64,000 nt of DNA from Paraspadella gotoi (lineage: Eukaryota > Animalia > Chaetognatha). The translations under genes were made by a program, and so were the position numbers. Position 1 is the stretch's first letter; each line of letters opens with the position of its first letter. Where the stretch lies: NCBI GenBank assembly GCA_051294375.1, contig JBJCIZ010000239.1, positions 3,421,152-3,485,151 of the forward strand, given 5' to 3'. Below the pieces are notes generated by a model. It searched no databases. It was not told the DNA's origin and was given only the letters and a program-made list of their open reading frames with translations. This document shows positions 21,982-34,844 of the stretch, in pieces.

Positions 21982-23747
21982 TCAGGATAAACGATCCTGA
22001 TAATCCCGCTCTCGCTGATCGCCAATCGCCAATCGGGCACCGTTGCAATCCATCATCGCTGCCAATCTCTCCACCCGCCCACCGTCTGCCAATCGATGCC
22101 CCCCTTCCTTCTCGCCGCTCGACGCCGTCGGCGACATCTCTCTTCCAACTCCTCGTCGACTCTTCCTGCATCCAATCCATTTTCTTCCCCACGCCTCCGC
22201 CACCGGGGCAAACACCCCGACCACGAAAGCCGCTCCGGTGACCAGGAAGAGTCCCGCCAACTTTGAAGGCGTCATCTGCAGTTGCTCGAGGCTCGAGGGT
22301 GGGCGACTCCGCGGGCGACGACAGAGTTGGAGGGTCTCCGCCTCCAGCCACCGATTGACGAGGCCGTCGTGACTGTAAGATACGATGCGTTCCGAGATTG
22401 GAGACAGGAGGGGATGATCCTGTTGAGGAAGGGAAGGCTTCATTGTGATGGGTAAAAAGGAATTTAAAATGTTAAAATGCACCGAAATTTTTGTAAAGGT
22501 TTCAATCAACCGGTTTAATCGAAAACATATATTTGGTACAACTGATAAACGAGCTATCCTTCCTTAGACTTTGGTGTGTAATTTTTATTTCAAAAGACCT
22601 TTCCCCTTAACTACAGAAATGAAATTAAAGTATTATAATAAAATTAGTACTAGTATTGTATTTGTATTTGTATTGTAACCTCCGGTCATTTCGTGAGCAA
22701 TCATATCAATCGGGTCAAGCCGGGGATAGTTCCCGCCAGTCCAATCTTCCCCTCCCCCCTCGCCCTACCTTCGCCAACGCAAAGGATATCGTGTCGAAGT
22801 TGAGTTGCGCCGGGAGCTTCTCCAACCTCTCGTCGCATTGAGTGGCGATGAAGTAGTCGATGTCCGCATCGGGGAGGACGATCGCGTCGCCGGCGTCTAG
22901 CGTCTCCTTCATCGACGGAAATTCGTAATTCTTTACGAGGCCCCAATCGAGCATTCGAGAGTAGGCACGGCGGAGGAACGGATCCCCGTTTCTAATGAAT
23001 AGGAATTAGGATGGGTGGAAGCGGATAGATTCCGGGATATGTGGATATAATTTTAAGCAGTTCCATAGCGTAGGATAAAGTCACTTTTCGATCGGAAAAA
23101 GGATTGAATAATGAGAGAGAGAGTGAGAGTGAGAGAGAGAAAGAAAAAGAAAGAAATAGTAACTCTATCACGAAAGCATTGATAGCGAAATTGCGAAAGT
23201 TCCATTAGGTTATTCATTACGTTATCCTTAAAATAACAATTTTTTTTCCCCTAACATCGCAGATGTAATCAGAACCAAAAATGGAACCGGATCCGCGCCT
23301 CGGGAAGAATCCGTCTGATTCCGGATTCGACTCTCTCATTGGACGAACCACCAAGTGAACCGTACAATCAGCAGATGCATTCCTTCGTTCCCCTTAAACT
23401 TGGCTCGCCTGAAAAAGTCCTCGTCCGACGAATTGGCCAAAACTCCGAAACGAATCTTCGTTTGGTTAAAAAGTTCGGCGGATGGTTCGAAACCCCGGAC
23501 GTCGTGTGTTGAACGGTGAGGAAAGCGGCCAAGTTGGCCGTGTAGGTCGAGGTCATGACAGGCAAAAGGTCCACCAGGCCAGGGTCAGGATTTTTTGCCG
23601 CCCAGGGATCGAGGGGTCTCGCCTTCGATGCTCTGGTGAGAGAGAGAGAGAGAGAGCGCGTTTGTATAAAAAATGTTTAAGAAACTAAAACAACAACAAC
23701 ATCAACAACAACAACCTGACGACGAGCATGATGTTGTTGGTAGAGAC

Positions 23748-23779
<32 letters not shown>

Positions 23780-24684
23780 GTCATAGAAAGAATAAGAATA
23801 AGAGACGAAGAGAGTCAAGAGTCGAGATTCAAGTAAAAAGTTGTCCTTTTCCTATTAAATACTTTGTTCACCTGCTGCATCAAAGTGCCGCACGAAAACC
23901 AGAAGCTGTCGGAGCATTCGAACCTTCCTCCTCCTCCTCCTCCTCCTCCTCCTCCGAGCCGTCTCGACAATCGCTCCGTCGTCGTCAAGGCGACGTTAAA
24001 CGCGACGAAGGCGACGACGATGCTCCACCAGAGTTTGTCCTCGAACGGATTGAGGAACTGGAAGAGGTCGACCTCGGGGAATCGCTTGACGACGGCTTGG
24101 AGGCCCATCGCCATGTAGGGTTGGGTGAAACTCACGCTGGAAAGCGGGTCGAATCGGATAGGCGGAAATTTTGAACCAAGTTTGGTGAATGAGAGTATTG
24201 AGCTATATTTTCAACCAACCTCGTTTAAAGCCTCCAAAAATGAAGAACATGCTAATAATTACAATCGTCCCTCGACTAATGACTTGCCAAACGATGATTA
24301 GCTGAATATTAATAAATAACTATTTCGGCTTACGTCGTGGCGTTTGTTTTTTTTTAACAACCGGCAATTAATTTTTAATGTCGAATTTCTTAGTAAACTA
24401 AACCCGGCCGTCACTCACTTCATATTTTTCAGCCGATGAGGCGTGATGCTTAGACTCTGCATCGCCAGATCCGCTTTTCCCGTCTCCAACTGATGCAGCA
24501 ACTCGTTGTAGGAGGATTCCAAGATCCGGACTTCGTAGTCGAAGCCCAAGTCGGTCGCCAACTCGTGGAGCAATCGGACGCAGATACCGCGAAAGCCTTC
24601 GGAGGCCGTGTGGGTCACGTAAGGAGGGTAGAGGAGGGTGACCACGCGGAGATGTGGGCGTGCCGGAGGAGGTGGTGTGGTCAT
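21982..24684 (-). CDS. Ionotropic glutamate receptor / IR-like subunit lacking the amino-terminal domain
   Basis: Exons 24684-24419, 24136-23872, 23632-23409 (contains indels), 22991-22769 and 22419-21982. S1 LRVVTLLYPPYV..GICVRLL..ADLAMQSLSITPHR..VSFTQPYM; FLNPF-M1; pore SFWFSCGTLMQQ; M3 STYTANLAAFLTV; S2; M4 LAGLFLVT. Confidence 0.9.
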
Positions 24685-24888
24685 GATCGGTTTTGTGGGT
24701 CAATGATTTCGAGCGGAGTCAAATGTAGTTGGCTTTTTAGTTTTTTGTTTTTTTTTGTGCGTGTGGGAAGAATTTGTAGGCAAAAGAGAAAGAGGGGGAA
24801 AAAAGTGTAATCAGAAATCGGAAAATCGCGGGCTTGTTGTTTTAAAACCTAATCTCTTTAGTTTCGACACGCGCGGATGGCGAGAGAG

Positions 24889-24929
<41 letters not shown>

Positions 24930-25350
24930 ACATTTTGTTTGCCGTATTGATAAAAGTGTATTTCCTTACGTGGCGTTTTTTCCTTTACCAGTACTTGTAA
25001 CAAAATCCGTTATTCTTTTTTTCCTTCTTTTATTTGAGTTAGTAATAAGGCTATTTATTGATTACAGTACAGTGTACACTGTACAGTGTACAGTGTCCAA
25101 AGCGGGACTCGAAACTAATGCTGGGAGGTATCGGAGCGATGTGTTGCTTCTTTACTTCTTTGCTGACAAGTGCAAAAAATAACTTATAACTTATGGCATT
25201 AGTTCTCACTAGTAAAGTTTGATAATCCAAACGATAAGTAACATTTAAAGTACGATCAACTACATTTAATCGTCGTCGTCGTCGTCGTCGTCGTCGCTCG
25301 GTGAGAAAGCGATAATTGGAAGTTGTTTTTGTTTGTTACAAAAAAATAAG

Positions 25351-25381
<31 letters not shown>

Positions 25382-25562
25382 CTAAGTACGGCAGAATTTA
25401 TTGTAGAATAATATTGGTTGTACCAATTTCATGTAAAAATTATAATATAGTAAACGTATTCAACTTCTGCGTAGAAAAAAAAAGTACTATGCGCTAAATC
25501 AGGTTTCACTTTTAATGTAAAAAAAAACTGAAACACGAAACGATTGAAAAATAGATCCACTT

Positions 25563-26361
25563 TCACTTCTTCTTTCCTCCCCTTCCTGCTCCTCCTCCTC
25601 CTCCTCCTCCTCCTCCCTTCTTATCTTTCCCGCCTCCGTCTCCCCTGCCCTTTCCTCCTTCTCCTCCTTCTTTCTTTCCTCCCTTTCCTCCCTCTTTCTC
25701 CTTCTTCGGCTTCTTCGTCAGAATCGCCGCCGCCTCTCCTTTCTCCCCCGCCTCCACGACCGGTTCCTCCTCTTCGCCTTCCTCGTCGAAATCCGCCGCC
25801 GCTTGACCCAACGCCTCGCCAACGCGCCTGGAGAAGAGGGGGAGGGAGTGAGGGAGGAAAAGAGGAAGAGGGGGAGGGAGAAAAATAAATTTGAAAAGGG
25901 GTGAGAGAGTAATGAAAGTAAGAATTGAAATTGAAGAGAGGAAAGGGTGAGGGAGAGAGAAAGAGGGAGAGAGGGAGGAGGCGCCAGGTTCTTTGCTTCC
26001 CCCTCCCTTTTCTCTCTCACCCTCACTCTCCCCTTCCTCTCCTCGCTTGAATTGGCCGAGCTCTTCCTCCTCCTCCTCCTCTCTCTCTTCCCCCTTCCTC
26101 TTCTAACTTAAAGTTGCTAAGTTCGTCCTCATCTCCCTCCCATCCCCCTCCTCTTCCTCTCCTCACTTGAATTTGTTGAGCTCTTCCTCCGTCGGGGAGT
26201 CCGACAGCCGCGGCTTCAGCAGCGGCGCCGACGCCAGCGACGGATAACGCGAGGCTTTGGCGGGAATCGGACGGTTCGTGTCTTCGTCTTTCGCAGTGAA
26301 GGCTGGCGGAGACCCGGGGCCTTGTCGCCTGAGAGAGAGAGATGAGAGAGAAGAAGAGTGC

Positions 26362-26435
<74 letters not shown>

Positions 26436-26813
26436 AATGTAAAAGAAAAGAAATCTGAATAACAAAGCCTCGGGAGACGCAATATCGGCCAAAAAAAAAT
26501 AATTAACAATAAAAACAATCGAAAAATGAGGACAACCTTCGTTGTCGGGCGAGATGCTCTTCTCTTCAACCTCGTCGTCGCTGAAGGTCAACTTGGATCG
26601 TTTTATTTACAAAAAAAAAAATAGGATTAAGTAATTGTAGTTTTAATATTAATAGGATTTTATATTGATCGACCGTTTTTCTCTCTATATCTCACTCACT
26701 CTTTCTCTCTCTTTCTCTTACTTTCCTTCTTTTTTTTCTTTCTTTCTTTCTTTCTTTCTTTTCTTTCTTTTCTTTCTTTCTTTCTTTCTTTCTTTCTTTT
26801 CTTTCTTTTTCAT

Positions 26814-26862
<49 letters not shown>

Positions 26863-27724
26863 GGCAACTGCTTCTTCCTCCTTTTTTTCTCCAACTTCTC
26901 GTCTCCAGACTTCAAGAGGATTCCGCTCTTCGCTGGGAGGAACGAAGGCTCGAAGTCGCCCTTCCAGCCGAGGAGGTAACCCTGTCCAGGGTCGGACGTA
27001 AGGGCGGTGGTTATTTCATTTGAGTCAGTTCAAAGAAAATCGATCCAAGCATTCAAGAGCTAAAGCTCCCGAAAGACAACTGATCAAAATCAAAATCGGG
27101 GGGGAAAAACATTTTTGAAGATCTTCCAAAAACCGAGAATACTTTTAGCCTTTGATCATTAAATGATACAATGCTACTGAAACTAGAACAAGCTAAGTCT
27201 ATTTATAACTAAGGAAGAGGATCGGCGACGTGGGTAAAATTTAGTTTCAATGATTCTACAAGCTGATTGGTCGATTCTGGTTCCATTCTTGATCCGATTT
27301 GCTTTTGGTGGCTCGATACTCCTGCGATGGTATTCATGTTTTGGATGGGAAATAGAGACTTTTGAAAGAGGAAGTAGTTACTTTTAAAAAATCGCTGCTT
27401 AGAAACGAATAGCCACATATTAACCAAATTTTTACCCATAGTTCCTTTTTCCATTTTTTTCCATTTCCTTTTATTTTAAAGAAATCTAACTTGATTTATT
27501 CTCATAATGTTTTTAGGTGTCCTATTTTTTTTTGCACAGGCCTGTATGATAAAAAATAAAATATTTATTATATTTATTTAAAAATAAATATTGATTTTAT
27601 TTATTTATTTTAGTAAATTAAAGGAGTCACCCACCTTTGACTTTTCCTCCCCACTTCCTCTTCTTCCTCCTCCTGCCTTCTTCGTTCCCTCCTCGTGAAT
27701 TTTCTCGGCGAAGTTGGGATCCAT
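25563..27724 (-). CDS. Uncharacterised charged low-complexity protein with a GWKGDFEPSF motif
   Basis: AG/GT-bounded exons at about 27738-27635 (MDPNFAEKIHEEG), 26981-26862 (GYLLGWKGDFEPSFLP), 26591-26537, 26328-26167 and 25827-25563, with a likely upstream exon at about 28485-28367. One junction needs an indel. Confidence 0.5.
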
Positions 27725-27754
27725 GATTTCCGGCAAGTCTGAAGAAGGGAGAGA

Positions 27755-27786
<32 letters not shown>

Positions 27787-28018
27787 AAGGGGGAGAGAGA
27801 GAAAGAAAAAGAGAGAGAAAGAGAGAGAGAAAGAGAGAGGGGGAACAGAGAGAAANNNNNNNNNNNNNNNNNNNNNNNNNNNNNNNNNNNNNNNNNNNNN
27901 NNNNNNNNNNNNNNNNNNNNNNNNNNNNNNNNNNNNNNNNNNNNNNNNNNNNNNNTGTTTGTTTTTGTTTGGGGTTCCACGTGAATCCAAAAAAAAATCA
28001 TGAGTTGACGTAAATAGG

Positions 28019-28258
28019 TAAAACAACATAAGTATTTCTAAATACTACGAAAATGTAAATGAAATTTTAAAAACTCAAACTAATTTTCATATTGTTTATT
28101 CCTGACATATACTTGTTTTAAGTACTGTTTTGAAAGTTCGTAAAACAACATAAGTATTTCTTAATACTACGAAATGTAAATGAAATTTTAAAAACTCAAA
28201 CTAATTTCATATAGTTTATTCCTGACATATAGTTTTTTAAGTACTGTTTTGAAAGTTT
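28019..28258 (+). repeat. Tandem duplication, 2 x about 120 bp
   Basis: TAAAACAACATAAGTATTTC...GTACTGTTTTGAAAGTT occurs twice head to tail. Confidence 0.85.
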
Positions 28259-29349
28259 CGTCATCTGTCTTACGTTATTCCGTCTGTCTGTCCTTCCGCC
28301 CGTCTGTCTGTCCTTCCGCTCGTCTGTCTGTCTTCGCCCGTTTGTCTCTAAATCCCCTGAACCGACCTTGTGGCGTCGGGTCGACGGATTCGTCGAGAGC
28401 GTTGGAGGATGAAGTCGACTTCCGTCGCCTGAAGCAGCTCTCGATCGTGAAGACGACGACGGCAGAGGAGACCCGGCGGGATCAGCTGGAGGAGGGAGCA
28501 GGGGATTGGTTGATGGAGAGAGTCGAGTCTCTCTTTCTCTCTCTTTCTCTCTTTGTCTCTCTCTCTCTGTTAACTCGATAAACGTTTCTCTTGACTCGAT
28601 TAAATCGATGCAGAGGTTTTCTTTCCTAAAAGTTAAAATTTTTAGTTCAAATTAACTTGAATTGATTTTAATTTTTTAACTCCAAATGGCTAGAGTTGTG
28701 GACTATGAAAAAAAGTTCGTGAGAAACGAGAAATCCTACAACCGATGCGAATTTCATTGACTTGTACTTGTACTTTGTACAAGTAAACGGCGCAGCCACT
28801 GGTTTAATCGATGAGAAAATAAGAAACTCAACTGACAGAAAAAACGAGTCGCAATAAAATTGAAAACGGATTTGTTTTAGCTCAGCATTAAAACTGTACT
28901 GCGACTAAAACTTAAAACTAATTTACATATGTAGTATTACGGATTACAAAATTAATTATTCTTATAAAAAATTTTCATCGAAGAAAATAGTATATGATAC
29001 AACACGAATTATACTAACAAAACTGTATTTTAAATCCTTACTTTTCTCTAATATTCAATATAGATTGACGATATAAATCAAACGAAAAAAGTGCGAAAAG
29101 CCGAAATAACATTATTTAACCTTATCTAATCTCTTATCTTTCAACAAAGAAACTAGCTCCCGTTGAGCAAATTCAGAAAATTTAAGCGATTCGTACGTTC
29201 GTAGTATCGAATCCTATTTAAGTAAATGAATGTTACATCTTAAAGAATTGGTAAGAAGGGAGGAAAGGATGATAAGTTGTTTCGCCGCACTCTCAACACG
29301 TGCGAAAAATAGCCCAGACGCCAGATCCCAGTGTCTCAACATAATAAAA

Positions 29350-29645
29350 GATAGTGGAGCAAAGTGAGCTTCAGACTACTATGCGTATCTTCTTTGCCAA
29401 CCTCAGCAGCATGGACGGGTCCTGAGCATGGTACTAGCCTTGGTAGTTTTCTAGGCCCCGAAGGCGGTTTACGGCCGTTCTAAGTTTCCCGCTGGGAAGA
29501 CAAGGTATGGGACTGAACTCTGTACCTTGTGGTCGTGAGCTAATGGCTTTACTCAATGAGCCACCGGGTCACGACTGAAGAAAATATGCTTAATATTGCT
29601 TATTGCTAAATTGCTTATAGGCGGGGTGAACTGCGATACCCGACT
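29350..29645 (-). mobile_element. Repeat family B copy
   Basis: Minus strand: GTCGGGTATCGCAGTTCACCCCGCCTATAAG leader, A box TGGCTCATTGAG, B-box-like GAGTTCAGTCCC, then GCGGG...CGGCCG TAA ACC GC...CAGG A CCCGT. Confidence 0.75.
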
Positions 29646-29819
29646 ACAGATGTTTTATATTGAAAGCGTCTTATATCAAAATAGTTTTTCTTCTCTCTTT
29701 TTCATCGCTAACATAAAAAATCCCTGCAGTTTATTCAATTTCTGTTTACACAAGTGCATGTTGAAAGAAAGAAATAACTGACCCGTTTAAAGCTTAAAAT
29801 TCGGGAGCGATCCACTACG

Positions 29820-29853
<34 letters not shown>

Positions 29854-30419
29854 ACGATTTTTCGATCTTCAACCTGGTGTTCAGGATCCTACAAAAATTG
29901 AGGGCTGAGATTCCTCTCGCTCTCTGGTTTCGCTTCCACTCTCTCTCTATCTTTCCCGCTTTAAAAAATCGGATATTATTTTTATTTTTTCCTGGTTCGT
30001 CTTCTTCGATACAAATTTTTACGAAACTAAATCTTTCCGGGGATCGATTAAATTTTAGACAAAATAACAATCGAATTAAGAATAACAACAATAACACAAC
30101 AACGGCGGGAAACGGGATTTTAAAATCTAATTTGTCGATAATTGTCGTTTCTCACAAACCAAACACGGCATTCCAGGCTAATTTTTTTTCTCTTCTCCTC
30201 CAGAAACGCGATATCTTATTCCAAAATAGTTTTTAATATTTCCATCAATGATATTCTTTTAAGGACACCGACACCGACAATTTTTCTCTTTCATGGTGCA
30301 TTTATTTTGATAATTTTATATGTTTAATGTTTTAATACAAATATTTTTTTTACTTTTTCAAAATCTCAGGCAAATCCAGTCGTTGGCGAAGACAGCTTCT
30401 ATTCCAAGACCTTAATATC

Positions 30420-30690
30420 CCACTGCCATCGCCTGACTATATACCATCGCTTTAATATCGCTTAATCAATCGCCTTTTATCGCCTTTACTGTCGCCTTAA
30501 AATCGCTTTAATATCGCCCTACCACCGCCTGAACATTGCCTTTAAATCGCCTTAAAATCGACTTTAATATCACCCTACTCGCCGCCTGAACGTCGCCTTT
30601 GCATCGCCTTACTGTTCGCTTAAAATCAGCTTTAATATCGCCCTACCACCGCCTGAACATCGTCTTTGCCATCGCCTCAACATCGCCTTG
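30420..30690 (+). repeat. Degenerate ATCGCC-based minisatellite upstream of the CHP gene
   Basis: Recurrent ATCGCC/ATCGCTT units with a higher-order TTTAATATCGCCCTACCACCGCCTGAAC unit present three times. Confidence 0.75.
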
Positions 30691-30850
30691 GATTGTAAAC
30701 TCGATGTACCAACAAAAGTTAGTCTCATCTATTGTTCAAAACTTTCCAATCCTCTTTTAAAAACCCCACACCTAAAAGCTCACACACACCGCGCCTCACC
30801 CGGTCTCTTTCCTCTCACCTTCTCAGTACCATAACCCCCGACCTCCCAAA

Positions 30851-33107
30851 ATGGGCGCCAAACCCTCCTGCCCGCTCCCGCCCGACGAGTCGAGTCCATC
30901 CGCTCCGAAACGGGCCTGACCGAGACGGCCGTCGCCGACTTGTGGGACCGTTCCGAGAGCTGGACCGACACGGCCGGGAACGCTCGGCCGAGAGGACTTT
31001 CTCGCCATTCCGGATTTCATGCGCAACCCGCTCGCCGATCGAATCACCCATCTCTTCTTCCCGGCGCGGGGCGAGGGAAAGGGCAGCGTCGGGAGTCTCG
31101 GCAGCGTCGGCAGCAGCGTCACCGAAGCCGAGGCGGAGCAGCGCGTCGACTTTCGGCAATTCGTCCGGACGCTGGCGATTTTCCGGCCGCTGAAGCGAGA
31201 AGGAGTTGAGGATTCGGAGGACGGGAAAGATTTTGTTAATTCGAAGAAGGAGAAATGAGATTTTCATCAGGTAAACAATTTTTTTTTTATTGGGGGGGAG
31301 GGGTGGCACTCAGTGGTTCGCAGACCCTTCATGCTCTAAGGGTGAGTATCTATCAATTCAGCGTGGCTCGTTGTAAAGCACAATGACCAATACCGGGTTC
31401 GACCAATGTGTACTGCGGACGTAGGGGTGGCTGCATGGCAAACCCTAAGCCTGGTTCCAAGCCAGGACCGTTCCATGGCGTTGAGGGGTTATGAAGTTAT
31501 GGATAGTCATTTCAGCATACTTAGCGCCTTATCCATAGATCGATCATTAAATCACAATTTTCACGTAAATGAGATCGACGGACATTTTGGATACCCTCGT
31601 CACAAAGAATTAAGTCGTTGATTTAATTTAATTAATTTTATATTAACTACTTGAAAAGTCAATAACAAAGGCAAAAACGGGTTCTACGTTTCATCAACGA
31701 ATTTCAAAACGATATTAACGGACGATATACTTGAAGAAGATACAACGCGGTTAAGGGGACCCAGTGATAAAAATGATATCATAAGCTTAAGGGTCTATCA
31801 TCAAGAAATTTGAATGGTGATGTCATTAATTTTTCTTGCACAGGAAAGTGGCAAAAAAATTGCTATCTCTTGATTGTAGCGGAAACAAAATTAATAATTA
31901 TGAAATAAAACATTTAGATTGACCCTACCTAAATATTATATAATCCGTTATTTATTTTTGCATTAGAAAGTATTTTTACTAAATTCCAAATTTTATTTTT
32001 TACGGTACAAAGCTACAATTTTAGGTTTAAGCCTCATTGAACAAGGCTTTACAAGACTAATATTTTTTTTATTTTTTATTTACTTAAAAGCAGAAAAATC
32101 AAACCTAAATTCTATCTTAAGAAACAAAACTATAATAATGTATTATTAGATACTCATATTCTTCTTTAAAATCTATTATTAAACATATTGATTCCTAATT
32201 ATAACATTAAAATTTAGCTAAGTACAATCTTTTCTCTTCTTTTTATATTATATTACTTCAAAGAGTTTTTATTTCATTCAATTAACAGAATCATTTAAAA
32301 AGAAAGTTTAAATAAATCAGTCGATACTTAAATTTGATTCATTTCTAGTTTTTTTTCTTATAAATTTTTGTGATAAAAGCTGAAAATCTTTTTAAAAATT
32401 AGATCTTACCCTTTTTTAGAAAAAAAAATTTTAAACTTGAAAAGATTTTCTTCTTACGCGATTTTTAAGAAAATTAAGCTCGCTGATTTTATCGAATTTT
32501 TTAACTACTTTTCCCAAATAAGATTATAGAAGAAAAATTATATTGGTCAGAAACCAGCTTAAAGTTAAAGGGTCAAACATTATGTTTTCAGCTTTTTACC
32601 CCCCTGTTCACTTGGTCCCCTAAGATGTAGTTGATAAAATACTTTGGACGTCGATTAAAGGGAGAGAAAAAACGTGTTATAGTTCTTGGCTTGAGATTCG
32701 AATGATGAAACATCACAATGTAAGGAGAAAAAGGTCAGCGACAACGACGACGACGGTGACTGAGGCTTCACGCGTAGTTCGGTGAAAGGATTCTTTGTGA
32801 CTGAGGTTATCTCGATGACCGAGGTCAAACTCGAGTCGTCGGAACATTAGGTTGTCTTCAATCTCACTTCCCTCTCAGAATGTACGACATCGACGGGAAC
32901 GGCGAGATCCAAGAGACGGAGATCCTCGAGGTCCTTCAGATGATGCTCGACCTCAACATCGACCCCCAACACCTCGTCAACATCGCCAAGCGCACCTTGG
33001 CCGAGGCCGACAAGGACGGCGACGCCATGATCACCTTCGAAGAGTTCTTCCGCACGTTGCAGCACACAGATATCGACAAGTCGTTGAGTCTGCGGTATTT
33101 CATGTGA
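30851..33107 (+). CDS. CHP1: Calcineurin B homologous protein (CHP-like EF-hand protein)
   Basis: Exon 1 30851-31270: myristoylation-type MGAKPS, IRSETGLT..LWDRFRELD..GTLGREDFLAIPDFMRNPLADRI..VDFRQFVRTLAIFRP..NSKKEK, needing several 1-nt insertions. Exon 2 32879-33107: MYDIDGNGEI..ADKDGDAMITFEEF..SLSLRYFM. Confidence 0.88.
31320..31535 (+). mobile_element. Repeat family B, internally deleted copy
   Basis: GGGTTCGACC B box, AAACCCTAAGCCTGGTTCCAAGCCAGGACCGTTCCATGG, and tail GGATAGTCATTTCAGCATACTTAGCGCCTTAT. Confidence 0.7.
31755..32620. mobile_element. Tourist/PIF-Harbinger-type MITE in the CHP intron
   Basis: TIRs GGGGACCCAGTGA / TCACTTGGTCCCC flanked by a TAA target-site duplication. Confidence 0.75.
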
Positions 33108-33977
33108 TGAAGGGGAGGAGGGTGTTGTGGTTGCTGGTTGTGGGCGTTAGGGGTGATGGTGGAGGTTGTTGAGGATACGGTGGTTTGGTTGTGGTGGAAC
33201 TGGTGAAGGATGTGGTTGGAGCTGGTGAGGGATGTGGCAGCGGGGATTGTAAAGATGGTAGACTTCTTTCAGATTGTGGTGGAAATTGTTGGGGAAGATT
33301 GTGGTTGAAGATGGTGGAGCTTGTTGGGGAATATTGGGGAAGATCGATGATGTTGAACAATATTAAGAGGATCACTACATCACTTTTGTACATTACTTTG
33401 TCGCACAACCAAAAAAAAAAAAAAAAAAAACTAGCAAAGCCAATTATTGATTATATTCTTTTTTTATATTTTTCCCCATCTTTTTTAATTTTAATTTTAT
33501 GATTTAAATATTACATTAAATTTTAACTTACTTTCTCTTCGATCTTGATTTTGACAGAAAGGAAAGCAGACCAGTTCGGGAATGTATTTAGAGCAGTTGA
33601 AGTTTGTCACTGAAAAAAAAAATAAGAAAAAAACCAGTTATGTCGAACCAATTATTACTATTTCAACTGTATTTTATGTTTAGTGTTTACGCTGACTCAC
33701 GCTGAGTAAGAAAATAACCTGTTCTCACTTAGTTAGCAAATATAAAAACGGACAAGTTACAAGAAAATAATATTAAGACGTTCGCGTGTATCTTAAATCA
33801 TTAAGCTTTGGTACGTGTACCATAAGNNNNNNNNNNNNNNNNNNNNNNNNNNNNNNNNNNNNNNNNNNNNNNNNNNNNNNNNNNNNNNNNNNNNNNNNNN
33901 NNNNNNNNNNNNNNNNNNNNNNNNNNTTTTGTTTATTATCGTGTTTGTATATTAATTTGCACGTTTGATTCTTTCGT

Positions 33978-34480
33978 TTTTTTAGTTGCGCCCCGAGTAC
34001 TCGCGGAGCAACTCTATAAGTCACTTTTGGGTCGGTCTGTCGGTCGGTCTGTCCCGCTTGCATTAAAAATGCTCAAAACTCGCCGATGAGGAAGAGGGGT
34101 TCAGCCGAAGGCATCGTCATCCTCCCCTTTCCTCATCCTCTTCTCCGTCGAGCTCGCGGGATTTCGGGGTCCAGGTTTTTCGTTTCAGAAATATTCACTC
34201 CACCTTTTTCCCTCTCTTTAGTCAGACGTACAACTTGTTATTATTTTATTCGTCCTTTTTCTTCCTTTTCAATAAACGCCTTTTTTTCCTCATTCGAATC
34301 TTATTTTGCCAGAGACATGATTATAGGGCTCGCCTATAGTTAGTTGCTCATTTGTTAAGACAAAAAAAATCCTCAGATCTATCATCTAAGCGACTGCTAG
34401 AGCCGCCTTCAGGAAATCCTAAAACTATAAAGAATAAAAGACGTGCAAAGAAAGTCACATTTGAATTTCCGTTCTTAGTT
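33978..34480 (+). mobile_element. HINE-like family C copy with about 270 bp extra internal segment
   Basis: 5' TTTAGTTGCGCCCCGAGTACTCGCGGAGCAACTCTATAAG, and from about 34340 the GTTGCTCATTTGTTAAGACA...GCCGCCTTCAGGAAATCCTAAAAC block of family C. Confidence 0.65.
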
Positions 34481-34844
34481 ATTACGTTCGTATCGTCTTC
34501 ATTCGTTTGTCCATTCTGTTTTCTTTCCTCGTTCATTTTTTGTTATACTATTATCATTGAGCATTAGTATTATCTATATATTCTTATAATTTAATATCGA
34601 TAATTTTTTGTTAGTGTTGACAATAACGTTTTTTTAGTTTATTTTTATTTATTTATTTTTTTTTGGCTAAATAATTCTTCTTCATTTGTCAATTAGCTCA
34701 TTCTTTCGTTCCTTCGTTTATGTTCGTTTCATTTTCGTTAGTTTTGTTTCTTTCTTTCTTCTCCTCTGAATTCAACTTCACAAGTTCGCAATGAACCAAG
34801 GCCAGTTCATTCCATAATCAAAATGAAAAAAAAAAAAAAACAAC

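Noticed and set aside
31250-31262. Stop-codon reassignment or readthrough (TGA in CHP exon 1 and iGluR exon 3)
   Set aside because: The stops disappear when neighbouring single-base indels are corrected, and clean genes end normally in TGA.
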